Positions 41,449-50,610 of a stretch of DNA of 64,000 nucleotides are shown in pieces. The notes below the pieces were generated by a model, which saw nothing but the letters and a program-made list of their open reading frames with translations, was not told the origin of the DNA and made no database searches. Source of the DNA: a virus. The stretch's first letter is position 1; every line of letters starts with the position of its first letter. The stretch covers positions 1-64,000 of IMG/VR virus record IMGVR_UViG_3300030107_006707; one strand, given 5' to 3'. Position numbers and translations under genes: made by a program.

Positions 41449-42065
41449 TTTACTTTACAATCCTTAAATAATGTGAACTCTGTCAAGTCTCTGTACGGTG
41501 GGGATTCAGGGATGTCAGGGTTTAGCCTTGGGAAGTTTTGCATCAATGCCAACCCATGAGAGGCCTGCTGTGGTGTCATATACATATTCCACCCAAGTAT
41601 TTTAATATCATCGTCCTGATATCTTACACCCTCACTACGACCTTCGTACCTTGCCTCCCTAGCCCAGTCTGCCATTTCTTTACTGTCTGTAAGAATCATC
41701 CCACCCTTGCCGATCTTAAGGTGCTTCTTGATATGAAAGGACAAACACATATGTGTGCCTGGTCGGTACATGTCTGAAGTAAATCTCTTGGCTGCGTCAA
41801 AGATTGGAAATGGCTTCAACTGATAGATACCTTGCCAACGCAAGTCTTCAAAGACGACCTCGCCCCCAGCGTGCATAATAGATTGCGGCACCGAAAGATA
41901 GGTTTGCTTAGGGATGCGAACCTCTTTACCTTTTACATTCTCGTACATACAGCAAAGGAATAATGCATTAGTACAAGAATCTAGTGACACTGCATATGGA
42001 GCACCAGTATAGTCGGCTACTGATTGCTCAAACATCTTAACTACATCATACGGATTTTGTTTCAT
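41445..42065 (-). CDS. DegT/DnrJ/EryC1/StrS-family PLP aminotransferase (truncated)
   Basis: Start reassigned to MKQNPY (ATG 42065); FE, SCTNAL, TY.S, DAA, SFHIKKHL..GKGGM, GWN; about 206 aa. Confidence 0.85.
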   Translation of the reverse strand: MKQNPYDVVKMFEQSVADYTGAPYAVSLDSCTNALFLCCMYENVKGKEVRIPKQTYLSVPQSIMHAGGEVVFEDLRWQGIYQLKPFPIFDAAKRFTSDMYRPGTHMCLSFHIKKHLKIGKGGMILTDSKEMADWAREARYEGRSEGVRYQDDDIKILGWNMYMTPQQASHGLALMQNFPRLNPDIPESPPYRDLTEFTLFKDCKVK

Positions 42066-42459
42066 TTTCTCTCTCCAGTATGTAATATTTCTTTCTAAAT
42101 CCACAAGCCTCAAATAGGTTTATACTCGCATCATTTTCTATTTTTACCTTGGCCTCTGATGCTGGGTATTCCTTCATGATGTATTCTATCATAGCTTTAC
42201 CAATTCCTTTACCCTGATAATCAGGTAAAACTGCAACTCTTATGTCACCATAGATGCTACCAACATATCCAACTATTTCGCCATCGTAAAGACATACTCT
42301 ATAATCTCTGTGATGGACCCTCATATATGATTCGTGTGTATCCCACTCAATATCCTCTTGCTGTATGAAGCCTTTTTTTATCGTCTTATGATTCCGAAGA
42401 ACACGAACTGCTTCCCAGTATACTCTTTTACAGGGTACTATTTTTATTTTACCACTCAT
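42046..42459 (-). CDS. GNAT N-acetyltransferase (PseH-like)
   Basis: Start reassigned to MSGKIK (ATG 42459); LRN, YQGKGIG, N.ASI.LFE..GF. Confidence 0.85.
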   Translation of the reverse strand: MSGKIKIVPCKRVYWEAVRVLRNHKTIKKGFIQQEDIEWDTHESYMRVHHRDYRVCLYDGEIVGYVGSIYGDIRVAVLPDYQGKGIGKAMIEYIMKEYPASEAKVKIENDASINLFEACGFRKKYYILERENETKSV

Positions 42460-43237
42460 CCACTTGATTCCCATAATGACTATCGCTTTTCATCCAGTAA
42501 GAAGTTAGATATCCTCTAGTAAATCTCCATCCCTCTAAATTTTGATATGGGTTGAGAGCACTACCAGTATCTAAAAAAGTGTTGTTCTGATTTTCCTTAT
42601 AACACTGATGAATAATGAAATTACTTAGGCTGGCTGCTGAACAAAGAATAATATGATCCTGAATATTATTAGCTTCAATATATTCTTTTACCTTTTCAAC
42701 TGTATCATAGTTTTCTATCATACAGTTACTACCGATGCGAAAGTCTTTCTTAACTTTGAATGGTAACCCAGACAGATCGGCCAACTCGTTAACAACGTAG
42801 ATAATGTCTCTGTCTTTAAAGAGTGGCACTATCTCTTCTACATATCTAGGGTAATTTGAGTTGATAAATAAGTTTGCAAACGTAAGGTTTTCTTCATATC
42901 CATCACCGTGAAGATCCATCTGCCATTTGAAGTTTTCTTCGCCAACATCTGTTTTGGTGCATATGCCCTTAAAATAGTTTTCTTGATTGTGTTGAAAACT
43001 TTCAATAAGCCTCTCCCTGTAAAACTGATGTTTAGCTGGAATGAATTCTTTTTGTTCTTCTTTTGTGTAGATGTTTTGCCCAACCCTATCTCCAGTTACA
43101 AAGTAGCCTGGGGCTAAAACAACAGTCTGGTTCTGCATGATAAACATTTCACCATCTGAGAATCTTGCAAATGCAAAGTTCTCCCCGTCTTTAACCTTTT
43201 GCTTGAACTTGTCAAATTCTTTTTTATAATCTTTCAT
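42449..43237 (-). CDS. GT-D fold glycosyltransferase-like protein (DUF1792-related)
   Basis: FARFSDGE N-terminal signature and C-terminal LDTGSALN (D.G motif). Confidence 0.65.
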   Translation of the reverse strand: MKDYKKEFDKFKQKVKDGENFAFARFSDGEMFIMQNQTVVLAPGYFVTGDRVGQNIYTKEEQKEFIPAKHQFYRERLIESFQHNQENYFKGICTKTDVGEENFKWQMDLHGDGYEENLTFANLFINSNYPRYVEEIVPLFKDRDIIYVVNELADLSGLPFKVKKDFRIGSNCMIENYDTVEKVKEYIEANNIQDHIILCSAASLSNFIIHQCYKENQNNTFLDTGSALNPYQNLEGWRFTRGYLTSYWMKSDSHYGNQVDEW

Positions 43238-44844
43238 AATTTATTCACTGTCTTCCATCCACCACGAATACCATTTTGCACACATCCATCTCGCTCAACA
43301 AAGAATTGTTGATGTGAAACCGCATGGTTATTAGAGGTAGCTTTTGAATCTATACCCAGTTCATTGCCAAGAATTGATCCATGTAATGATTTATCCTCTG
43401 GTGGATGAGGCGGACAATAAGTTTGTATACCACCATATTTCTGTGCTAGATATGAAAATTGTATATCTTCCCCATTGTCCCACGTAAATGGTTTTTCTTT
43501 CCAGAGGTATTGTAACCAATCTCTTCTGAAGAACCAAGCGTGACCAACTAAATCAACTCGGGTTATATCGCTATTTTGTGTGGGCCACCCACAGCGGTCA
43601 TGCATAACATAATGATCTTTATTTTTCAAAATAATCCCTGCGCTACCTAGTATACCCTCTTTTACTCTCATTGTATCTAAACAATTTTCAAACCAGCGTT
43701 CGCCTGGGATTGTATCATCATCAAAGATAGCAACATATTCTGTGTCTGCAAGAAGTGCTGCGGCAAATCTACCATAAAACTTCCAGTTATGATCATTTAA
43801 AAATACACGATCTGCACCAAGAGAACTGTGGTCAAAATTAGAATTATCTTCATGGTGATTGACCCAAACCCATATTTGTTTTGGCTTTCTAGTTTGTGAC
43901 CTGATTGCATCAATTTGCTTTTTAAGATTATACGGTCTTCTATATGAATTCAAAATAACCGTAACATCTGTTTCTTCGCCAGTATATTTCTGCTGCTCCA
44001 AGATTCCAATAATCGTGTCCACGGTTTCTCTTGGTGCTTTTTTAATATTAGTTAAAATATCTTCCTTACTGCCACTAAACCATTCCTCACTAGCAACACC
44101 TAAAAGATTTGGATTTGTTATGATTTTACACCCAGCTAATTTTGCCTCTACAACAATACGACAAAATGTTTCGTATACGCTAGGGAAGAATATAAGAGAA
44201 TCATATTTAGTAAGTTTTTTAAACAGTTCACTAGGATTAGCAGCGCTGATCAAATCGTAAGCAATCTGATTTTTCTGACAATAAAACTCTGCTTTCATTT
44301 GATTCTTAGTTGGATTATTAGATTGTAAAATGGCAGCGACTGAAGATCTGTCTTTATCATTTACATCTATACTCTGTACAGCATCTACAAAATCTTTATC
44401 CCATACAGAACAACTCATGTTCACCACATTTGCGCTTGGTAAATTCTTTGCAGCTATATCAGCGTGCCCTTTACTTTGACAAAGAACAGCTTTAGCGTGG
44501 TTATAGAAAAACTCATTTACTACTTGACTTTTAGGAGCAACGTAGTCTTTAAACTTTGATGGGTCTCTAGTTGCAAGATATTTATGATCGTGCTCATAAA
44601 TGATATATTCAGCCGTAATAAGTGCGCTAACTGCATCTGGCTTTAGTGCAAGAAAGTTACCTAATATAAATTTAGATCCCTGGGAGTTTTCCTGAATAAC
44701 AAAATCAGAACTAACATCCTGGGATTTGATTTGAGTTACTGTGTGGCCATCTGCACGTAAGAGATTTATAACCTCTTGATTTACTAGTTCGCCGCCGCCA
44801 GGTAACTCATCTGCGAATACATCAGCAATGAATATTATTTTCAT
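43234..44844 (-). CDS. Bifunctional glycosyltransferase (GT-B/GT4-like + GT-A/GT2-like)
   Basis: N-terminal GGGE...ETFCRIVVEAKLAGC; C-terminal TVILNSYRR...AIFDDD...GEDI. Confidence 0.8.
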   Translation of the reverse strand: MKIIFIADVFADELPGGGELVNQEVINLLRADGHTVTQIKSQDVSSDFVIQENSQGSKFILGNFLALKPDAVSALITAEYIIYEHDHKYLATRDPSKFKDYVAPKSQVVNEFFYNHAKAVLCQSKGHADIAAKNLPSANVVNMSCSVWDKDFVDAVQSIDVNDKDRSSVAAILQSNNPTKNQMKAEFYCQKNQIAYDLISAANPSELFKKLTKYDSLIFFPSVYETFCRIVVEAKLAGCKIITNPNLLGVASEEWFSGSKEDILTNIKKAPRETVDTIIGILEQQKYTGEETDVTVILNSYRRPYNLKKQIDAIRSQTRKPKQIWVWVNHHEDNSNFDHSSLGADRVFLNDHNWKFYGRFAAALLADTEYVAIFDDDTIPGERWFENCLDTMRVKEGILGSAGIILKNKDHYVMHDRCGWPTQNSDITRVDLVGHAWFFRRDWLQYLWKEKPFTWDNGEDIQFSYLAQKYGGIQTYCPPHPPEDKSLHGSILGNELGIDSKATSNNHAVSHQQFFVERDGCVQNGIRGGWKTVNKL

Positions 44845-46103
44845 AATGTCTCAACGGTTTCTATTTTATCTTGCCAATCTGATTGTTCTTTTGAGTCGCC
44901 TATAACACTTAGAACCGTATGTACAACCTGATCTTGTATTTGTTGTTCTGTATGAGTAGACCTCAGAGAATCTGATAATGTTTTCGCTCGTCGTTCAAAC
45001 AAAGAAATATTTTGATATACTTTTCTAATTGCTTTTTTAAATGAGTTCTCTTTAGCGTATGCCCATTTAGTTCCTGGATCTAACACTCCTGGCCACTCTG
45101 CTTCTTTCTGTATGGGCTCTAATGAATAACTAATCTTTTCATACAGTGCCTCTCTTTTGACTTTACCTTTAGGTGTCTTCTTTTCAATACAAAGAAAATC
45201 CAAGTGCCCTGACCATCCTGTAGCTATTACAGGCATTTCACTATATGCTGCCTCAAACAAAGGTAATCCATAACCCTCACCATGTGTTGTTGTAACATAT
45301 GCCCTAATTTTCGGATGTTTGTATAAACCATGTATTTCTTCATCAGACATGGTTCCATGAAGCAAATGAATCTTACACTTTTTATTAGGAAATTTCTCAG
45401 CAAGAGATTTGATCATAGCTGAACACATCTGCCTATCGGCCAAATTGTTTTTAACTCTACTTGTCTTCAACACCAAACCAACTTCATCATTTTGAAACTC
45501 TTCTACAAACCACTTCAACATGTTGTCCACATTCTTTCTTGGACCCCACTGTGCAATAGATAAGAAATTGAAATCTGTATCTAAATCTATTTTAGCAGAC
45601 ATGTCTTCTGCTTGCAAGTTTTTTATTGGATAATTTATAATTTGTATTGGCTTACCATATGTTACTGCTACCTTTTCTCCTGTTTCAGGATGTTGTACAT
45701 GTATGGTACCCTTGAATCCAGTGGCTGCATGTTGAGACGTAACAACAAGTAGATCCATCTCAGAACATTTAGCAAGCCATGCTGGTGGAACCAAGTTGCT
45801 TTCAATACCAGCAGTAAATCCTATATTCTTAGGTGCCATTACAGTAAACTCTGGCGGGATTGAAACATGGATACCTAAATCAAATGGGCCATTATAGCTA
45901 TGTTTTTTAGCAATGATCATATCATAATATTTTCTCTTATGTGAGAAGTCAGTTATCCATGGCATCTGACCCCATCCCACATTTTCAACATATAAATCAA
46001 ATTTATCTGGGTGTTGTGAAAGGGCATCTACTACCATTCTAGCATGTTCACCATACCCACTCCTTGATAACAAGGGTGCTCTTATAATGATCTTCTTTGT
46101 CAT
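44841..46103 (-). CDS. GT4-family glycosyltransferase
   Basis: Start reassigned to MTKKII (ATG 46103); SRSGYG, RKN, HGEGYGLPLFEAA...PVIATGWSG. Confidence 0.9.
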   Translation of the reverse strand: MTKKIIIRAPLLSRSGYGEHARMVVDALSQHPDKFDLYVENVGWGQMPWITDFSHKRKYYDMIIAKKHSYNGPFDLGIHVSIPPEFTVMAPKNIGFTAGIESNLVPPAWLAKCSEMDLLVVTSQHAATGFKGTIHVQHPETGEKVAVTYGKPIQIINYPIKNLQAEDMSAKIDLDTDFNFLSIAQWGPRKNVDNMLKWFVEEFQNDEVGLVLKTSRVKNNLADRQMCSAMIKSLAEKFPNKKCKIHLLHGTMSDEEIHGLYKHPKIRAYVTTTHGEGYGLPLFEAAYSEMPVIATGWSGHLDFLCIEKKTPKGKVKREALYEKISYSLEPIQKEAEWPGVLDPGTKWAYAKENSFKKAIRKVYQNISLFERRAKTLSDSLRSTHTEQQIQDQVVHTVLSVIGDSKEQSDWQDKIETVETL

Positions 46104-47356
46104 ATTGTTTCTAACTCCCATTTCTTGTACAACTTGCGAGTATCCCACGAGCCATGTCTTTCATGAATGTCCAACATAATGTCAACCCACCTTTTCTGAA
46201 AGTTTTCAAAGTTATAATTCTTGAGTACGTGTTGTCTTCCTAGTTTACCTAACTCTTTTCTTTCTTCTGCTGACATGTCATAGATCTTCTTAAGTGCATT
46301 TATGAAGTCATCTTCATTTATTCTGTCTTCATATATCCATGGCACCTGCAAAGACCCAATAACTGCTTTTGATGCAGGTTCAATACCCACGCCAAACCAT
46401 TGTTCACCGTCGGTTACCTGCTCTTGTAAGCCGCCTGTCATATTAACGATAATTGGAGTTCCGCAAGATAATGCCTCTAGCGTGCCTAACCCAAAACCCT
46501 CAGCATCAGAAATATTAACTACAACATCTGCAATATTATAAAGTTGAGCTAGATGTTCTGGTCCAATTTTTCTAGGAGAGAACTGGATTTGACCTTGTGT
46601 GTTTAGACCTAAATGGTTAGCTAATACGTCCAAAGGTTGTCCATGTGGATCTCTAACATCAGTATGCATTATTAGAGTTGCCTTATCGTGGCCTACTAGA
46701 TCACAAAACTTTTTCCACCAAAATAACAATGTACCAGATTGCTTTCGTCTAGCATTTCTATTAACCCAAACTGCAACAAATTTATCACTTATGTTATTTT
46801 GACCTCGCAAGTGTTTTATAGTATCTTCAGGTAAAGGCTTAAATGTATTAGAATGTACAGCATGTGGTAAATATTCCTCCTCTACATCAGGGGAAACATT
46901 TTGAACAATATCGCTAGTCACCTTAGAAATTGTTACAACTTTATCAGTTGAATTATAAAAAACAGAGTTAAAAGTAGGATATGGCTTGTTGTCCCAAACG
47001 TGATAATACACCATCGGAACGAGCGCCCTAACCTCATCTTCTATTTCCCACAACCAATGATAAAATCTAGGATCGGTCATAAAATATAGGATATCAGGCT
47101 TATGCACCTGCAACGCAGTTCTAATCATTTCTGCATCTCCATATCCATCTACTGGGAATATGATCCAATCATCACCATACTCATGTGTCTTTACTGGGTT
47201 ATAATCATCGTGCTTCATAGCACCACCAAAAGAAATAACCTCAAACTTACCTGTTTTCAGGAGAGCCTCAATAACATATTTTGTCTGTGTGGCAACTCCT
47301 GATGGCAAAAGCGGGTGATCACTAAGTGTAAGTACTTTGATTTTTTTATCTGTCAT
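46100..47356 (-). CDS. GT4-family glycosyltransferase
   Basis: SDHP..PSGV, RNARRK, LYN.AD, EGFGLGTLEALSCGTP (EX7E). Confidence 0.9.
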   Translation of the reverse strand: MTDKKIKVLTLSDHPLLPSGVATQTKYVIEALLKTGKFEVISFGGAMKHDDYNPVKTHEYGDDWIIFPVDGYGDAEMIRTALQVHKPDILYFMTDPRFYHWLWEIEDEVRALVPMVYYHVWDNKPYPTFNSVFYNSTDKVVTISKVTSDIVQNVSPDVEEEYLPHAVHSNTFKPLPEDTIKHLRGQNNISDKFVAVWVNRNARRKQSGTLLFWWKKFCDLVGHDKATLIMHTDVRDPHGQPLDVLANHLGLNTQGQIQFSPRKIGPEHLAQLYNIADVVVNISDAEGFGLGTLEALSCGTPIIVNMTGGLQEQVTDGEQWFGVGIEPASKAVIGSLQVPWIYEDRINEDDFINALKKIYDMSAEERKELGKLGRQHVLKNYNFENFQKRWVDIMLDIHERHGSWDTRKLYKKWELETI

Positions 47357-47372
47357 ATTGTTGATCCTTTAC

Positions 47373-48197
47373 TTATCTGCAATGCTCAGTATTCATAAAC
47401 TCACATTTACCAAAGCGATCTGTGCATCCATTGCAGTTAAGTTTGTTTTTAATGTAGTTTTTATTTTCTATATTATAAAGTGCTTTTTGTAAAGCGTTAA
47501 GGGCATTTTTGATGCGCCTTTCTCCATTGCTTACTCTAACAAATTCTACCTTCTTACCTGATTTAGCAGTCCTTTTCAATAGAACAAAGTAGGTTTCCAT
47601 GTCCTTAAGGTCTATATCGTACTTTTTACCATAAAAATACTTGTAAAAAGCCAACTGATAGGCCAAAGTTGAGTTAGACTTCTTTCTACTATCCCAACCC
47701 CATGATGTTGTCTTCCAATCAATGATATAAACCTTCTTATCAGTGTGATTATACATCACCAGATCAATAAAACCTTTATATTTCTTCTTAGATCCTTCAA
47801 TCTCCTCATATAGCTGCTCTTCGGCTGCTAAAACTTCCCATTTTTCACCGTATGGTCCAAATTCAGTCTCTAAGGCAAAAAATACCTCTTTTACAATGTC
47901 ATTTCCTTGTTCTAACCACTCTTTTACATCAAAATTTGATAAAATTTGTTGTTTTTGGTCCTTTGGGAGCGATTGTAGCTCTTTTTTGAAGAAAAACTTG
48001 AAATTTTCTTCCATTTTTGGAATATCTCCTGCATTTTCGGATACTAAGTCCTTTTCTATGGCCTCATGCAGAGCTTTTCCGAAAGCAGTATAAATATTTC
48101 CTTCAAAAATACCAATTTTATCAATATGACGCAGCTTATGAAAGTAAGGACAGACTTTCCAGTCCTTCCACTCGGAATAAGAGATATGTTTTTTCAA
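47373..48197 (-). CDS. PD-(D/E)XK nuclease (RecB/Cas4-like exonuclease)
   Basis: SYS..CP, G.ALH..IE, E, GFIDL, IIDWKT, QL..Y, C-terminal CxxC...C. Confidence 0.88.
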   Translation of the reverse strand: MKKHISYSEWKDWKVCPYFHKLRHIDKIGIFEGNIYTAFGKALHEAIEKDLVSENAGDIPKMEENFKFFFKKELQSLPKDQKQQILSNFDVKEWLEQGNDIVKEVFFALETEFGPYGEKWEVLAAEEQLYEEIEGSKKKYKGFIDLVMYNHTDKKVYIIDWKTTSWGWDSRKKSNSTLAYQLAFYKYFYGKKYDIDLKDMETYFVLLKRTAKSGKKVEFVRVSNGERRIKNALNALQKALYNIENKNYIKNKLNCNGCTDRFGKCEFMNTEHCR

Positions 48198-48198
48198 T

Positions 48199-48891
48199 TT
48201 ATCTTTCGTTTCTTGCTAAATTGTGCAGTTCTGATATTTTCTTATATAACACAGGACTAATCTTATGTAAATCTTTATCGTTACCCAAATAGTATTGTTC
48301 AAACCCAACAGCAAAGTATTCTTTTAGTGATACCATCGCATATGGACGTATAGAAATACCTGCGGTGACCATGTTCATCATCCTTTTACCAACCCGCTTA
48401 TAGAAAAAATCATCCAAGTCTTTATTATACACTGGGTTGGCCAGATTATATGGTGTCATATTATAGCCTTCTGAAGCTAGCTCAAAATATAACTGTTTTC
48501 TCTTGAGTAAGAACTCGTCTTGGATTGCTTTATCTCCGTAGATCTGTTTTGGATATAACGTTTCTACATGGTGTCCTATTTCATGATACACATCGTCTAG
48601 CATATCAGCATTATTGTCTTGACGGTCAGCACTTAGATACAATTTATTATCGTCTTCTGAGTATTTTGCTGATATGTTTCTTCTCTCAAACTCCTCTAGG
48701 TCAGCTATTACAATGCCATCTAGTTTTTTGAAATATGATTTTGGCAACGTACCCTTAACTATAGTTAATATCTTACTAATATTAACATTGTCAGGTACCT
48801 CTGATTGAATATCAACATCAACTGAGTTGACAGAAATATTCTCCTGTATAAGGGAGGATCTATTCTTTATATATTCTATTGTATTTGTCAT
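48199..48891 (-). CDS. Putative zincin metallopeptidase
   Basis: HEIGH motif with downstream Y....EYFAVGFE third-ligand motif. Confidence 0.6.
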   Translation of the reverse strand: MTNTIEYIKNRSSLIQENISVNSVDVDIQSEVPDNVNISKILTIVKGTLPKSYFKKLDGIVIADLEEFERRNISAKYSEDDNKLYLSADRQDNNADMLDDVYHEIGHHVETLYPKQIYGDKAIQDEFLLKRKQLYFELASEGYNMTPYNLANPVYNKDLDDFFYKRVGKRMMNMVTAGISIRPYAMVSLKEYFAVGFEQYYLGNDKDLHKISPVLYKKISELHNLARNER

Positions 48892-50186
48892 AATATCTCT
48901 GCTGCTATAGTCGCTAAGCGACTTCTTTCCCCTTTAGATAGTGTGACATGCCCTGCAATCTCATAATTTTTAAACTTTTCAATCGCATATGTCAGTCCGT
49001 TAGATACAGAATCCACATAAGAGTTATCAATCTGCTGCACATCACCAGTAAGCACTAACTTAGTATTGTGTCCTACTCTTGTTATTATAGTCTTTAATTC
49101 ATGAGATGTTAAATTTTGTGCCTCATCAACAATAATGTAACAGTTAGCTATAGAGCGGCCACGAATGTAAGTCATCGCCTCTATCTCAATAACTCCAGTT
49201 TCTAATTGTTGGTCTAGTGCCATTCGGTCACCATAAAGATATTCTAGGTTGTCTCTAAGTGGAGCAATCCATGGCATCATTTTTTCTTGCAAGGTTCCTG
49301 GTAGAAAACCTATATCTTTTCCCATAGGTTGAACAGGCCTAGTGATGATTAGTTTATCATACCCATTTGCAGATGTGCTGTTCATCACCTGTTCTAGACC
49401 ACATGCAACAGCTATTAGTGTTTTGCCCGTACCAGCCTGACCAGTTAGTGATACTATATCAACGTTTTTGTCAAACAATAAATCTATTGCATAGTTTTGT
49501 TCTAAATTGTTAGCCTTTAGACCCCATATGTTTTTAGGTTGATACAATTTATTGACAGGTGTATGATCATTAATATATCTACACATTGCAGATTGGTTAC
49601 TATCAGAAATCAACTTTACAAATTGGTTTGGCAGTAGATTATGTTCTTTAGCACTAAGAGATAACTTACCACCAGAATAAAATTTATCTATGTCAGCATC
49701 ACTAACAAGTATTTCAGTGTGACCTGAATATATGTGACTTGTAGATTCAACCACTTTTTCTGGATTATAATCATATGCCTTAATACCAAACGAATCACAC
49801 TTTACCCTCATGTTGACATCTCTGGAAACTACGGCAACTTTATTGCCTTCCATTTTAAGTCTCAGGGCAGTGCATATTATTTTATTGTCTGAATCCTCTA
49901 CGTTCATACCTGCGGGCATATATCTTGGATCATACTGAGCCGCCTGGATATTTCCTAGCCCCTCAGATATTTCAACACCTACAAATAGGCTGCCCTTTTG
50001 TCTAAGACGATCTAATATCCGATTCATCATACGAGCGTTATGTCCCGCTGTATCTTGTCTGTGTTTATGCTTGTCTATTTCATCTAACACAACCGTTGGG
50101 ATCGCTATATCAAAATTACCAAATTGGTACATGCACTTTACATCTGTCAGGAATACGTTTGTATCTAAAACTACTATACTTTTCAT
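48888..50186 (-). CDS. phoH: PIN-domain PhoH-family ATPase (PhoH2 type)
   Basis: PIN: LDTNV, E.D, D..I, SRD.N.R; PhoH: GQAGTGKT, GFLPG, YIRGRS, IVDEAQN, TRVG, GD..QID, RS.LA. Confidence 0.92.
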   Translation of the reverse strand: MKSIVVLDTNVFLTDVKCMYQFGNFDIAIPTVVLDEIDKHKHRQDTAGHNARMMNRILDRLRQKGSLFVGVEISEGLGNIQAAQYDPRYMPAGMNVEDSDNKIICTALRLKMEGNKVAVVSRDVNMRVKCDSFGIKAYDYNPEKVVESTSHIYSGHTEILVSDADIDKFYSGGKLSLSAKEHNLLPNQFVKLISDSNQSAMCRYINDHTPVNKLYQPKNIWGLKANNLEQNYAIDLLFDKNVDIVSLTGQAGTGKTLIAVACGLEQVMNSTSANGYDKLIITRPVQPMGKDIGFLPGTLQEKMMPWIAPLRDNLEYLYGDRMALDQQLETGVIEIEAMTYIRGRSIANCYIIVDEAQNLTSHELKTIITRVGHNTKLVLTGDVQQIDNSYVDSVSNGLTYAIEKFKNYEIAGHVTLSKGERSRLATIAAEIL

Positions 50187-50205
50187 AGAACCTCATTTCT
50201 ACTGA

Positions 50206-50214
50206 TAAGTAGTT
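50206..50214 (-). promoter_or_regulatory. Candidate late promoter AACTACTTA
   Basis: Just downstream of the tmRNA terminator and 20 nt upstream of the phoH start; same motif recurs before other genes. Confidence 0.5.
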
Positions 50215-50224
50215 CATATAAGAC

Positions 50225-50245
50225 AAAAGCCGCCCGAAGGCGGCT
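50225..50245 (-). terminator. Intrinsic terminator after tmRNA
   Basis: GCCGCC-TTCG-GGCGGC hairpin (cUUCGg tetraloop) followed by TTTT. Confidence 0.85.
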
Positions 50246-50567
50246 GGTGGAGGTGGAGGGATTTGAACCCTCGTCTTGTCTGGTTCCGCAAAAGGGTCGT
50301 TCACAAGGTTAGGTCTGTTTTTATCGTCAGACAGCCCACTTGACTAGATTATCTTATTACGGCTAAAATAATCAAAAGCACTATGCAAATAAAATATGGC
50401 TTTCTGTTTCTTGGCTGCCATGGCCTCAAGTCAAGTCAGGTTATTAAGCTGCTTGTGCTAGTTGAAAATCGTCGTTTGCGATTAGAAGTTAAGCGTTTTT
50501 AGTGAGCCACGCTTCCCTCACCCTTGCACCGTTTTTACCTCCCCATCAATCAATTCCAGTCACCCCC
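50245..50567 (-). ncRNA. ssrA: tmRNA (one-piece, 323 nt), tag peptide ANDDFQLAQAA
   Basis: 5' GGGGGUG pairs with 3' CACCUCC-ACCA with G3.U wobble; T-arm GAGGG-TTCAAAT-CCCTC; tag frame GCA AAC GAC GAT TTT CAA CTA GCA CAA GCA GCT TAA TAA at 50479-50441. Confidence 0.95.
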
Positions 50568-50581
50568 ATTAAGTGTACTTA

Positions 50582-50610
50582 AATATACAATTAAAATTCA
50601 ATTAAGGCAA
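50582..50610 (-). promoter_or_regulatory. sigma70-like promoter for tmRNA, TTGCCT-N17-TATATT
   Basis: 17-nt spacing, 14 nt upstream of the mature tmRNA 5' end. Confidence 0.55.

Noticed and set aside
29660-47356. Glycan island as a bacterial O-antigen/capsule locus or contamination
   Set aside because: No flippase, polymerase, priming phosphoglycosyltransferase or export genes; same strand and tight packing with flanking phage genes.
29660-47356. Glycan island as DNA hypermodification
   Set aside because: Not excluded but disfavoured: no hydroxymethylase, TET/JBP or other base-handle enzyme in the window, while structural proteins show an acceptor-like motif.
47373-48197. Cas4-like nuclease as sign of a CRISPR system
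   Set aside because: No repeat-spacer array or other cas genes seen; solo nucleases of this type are common in phages.
50116-50304. 62-aa ORF with PPPPP
   Set aside because: It is the tmRNA 3' end and terminator read as codons.
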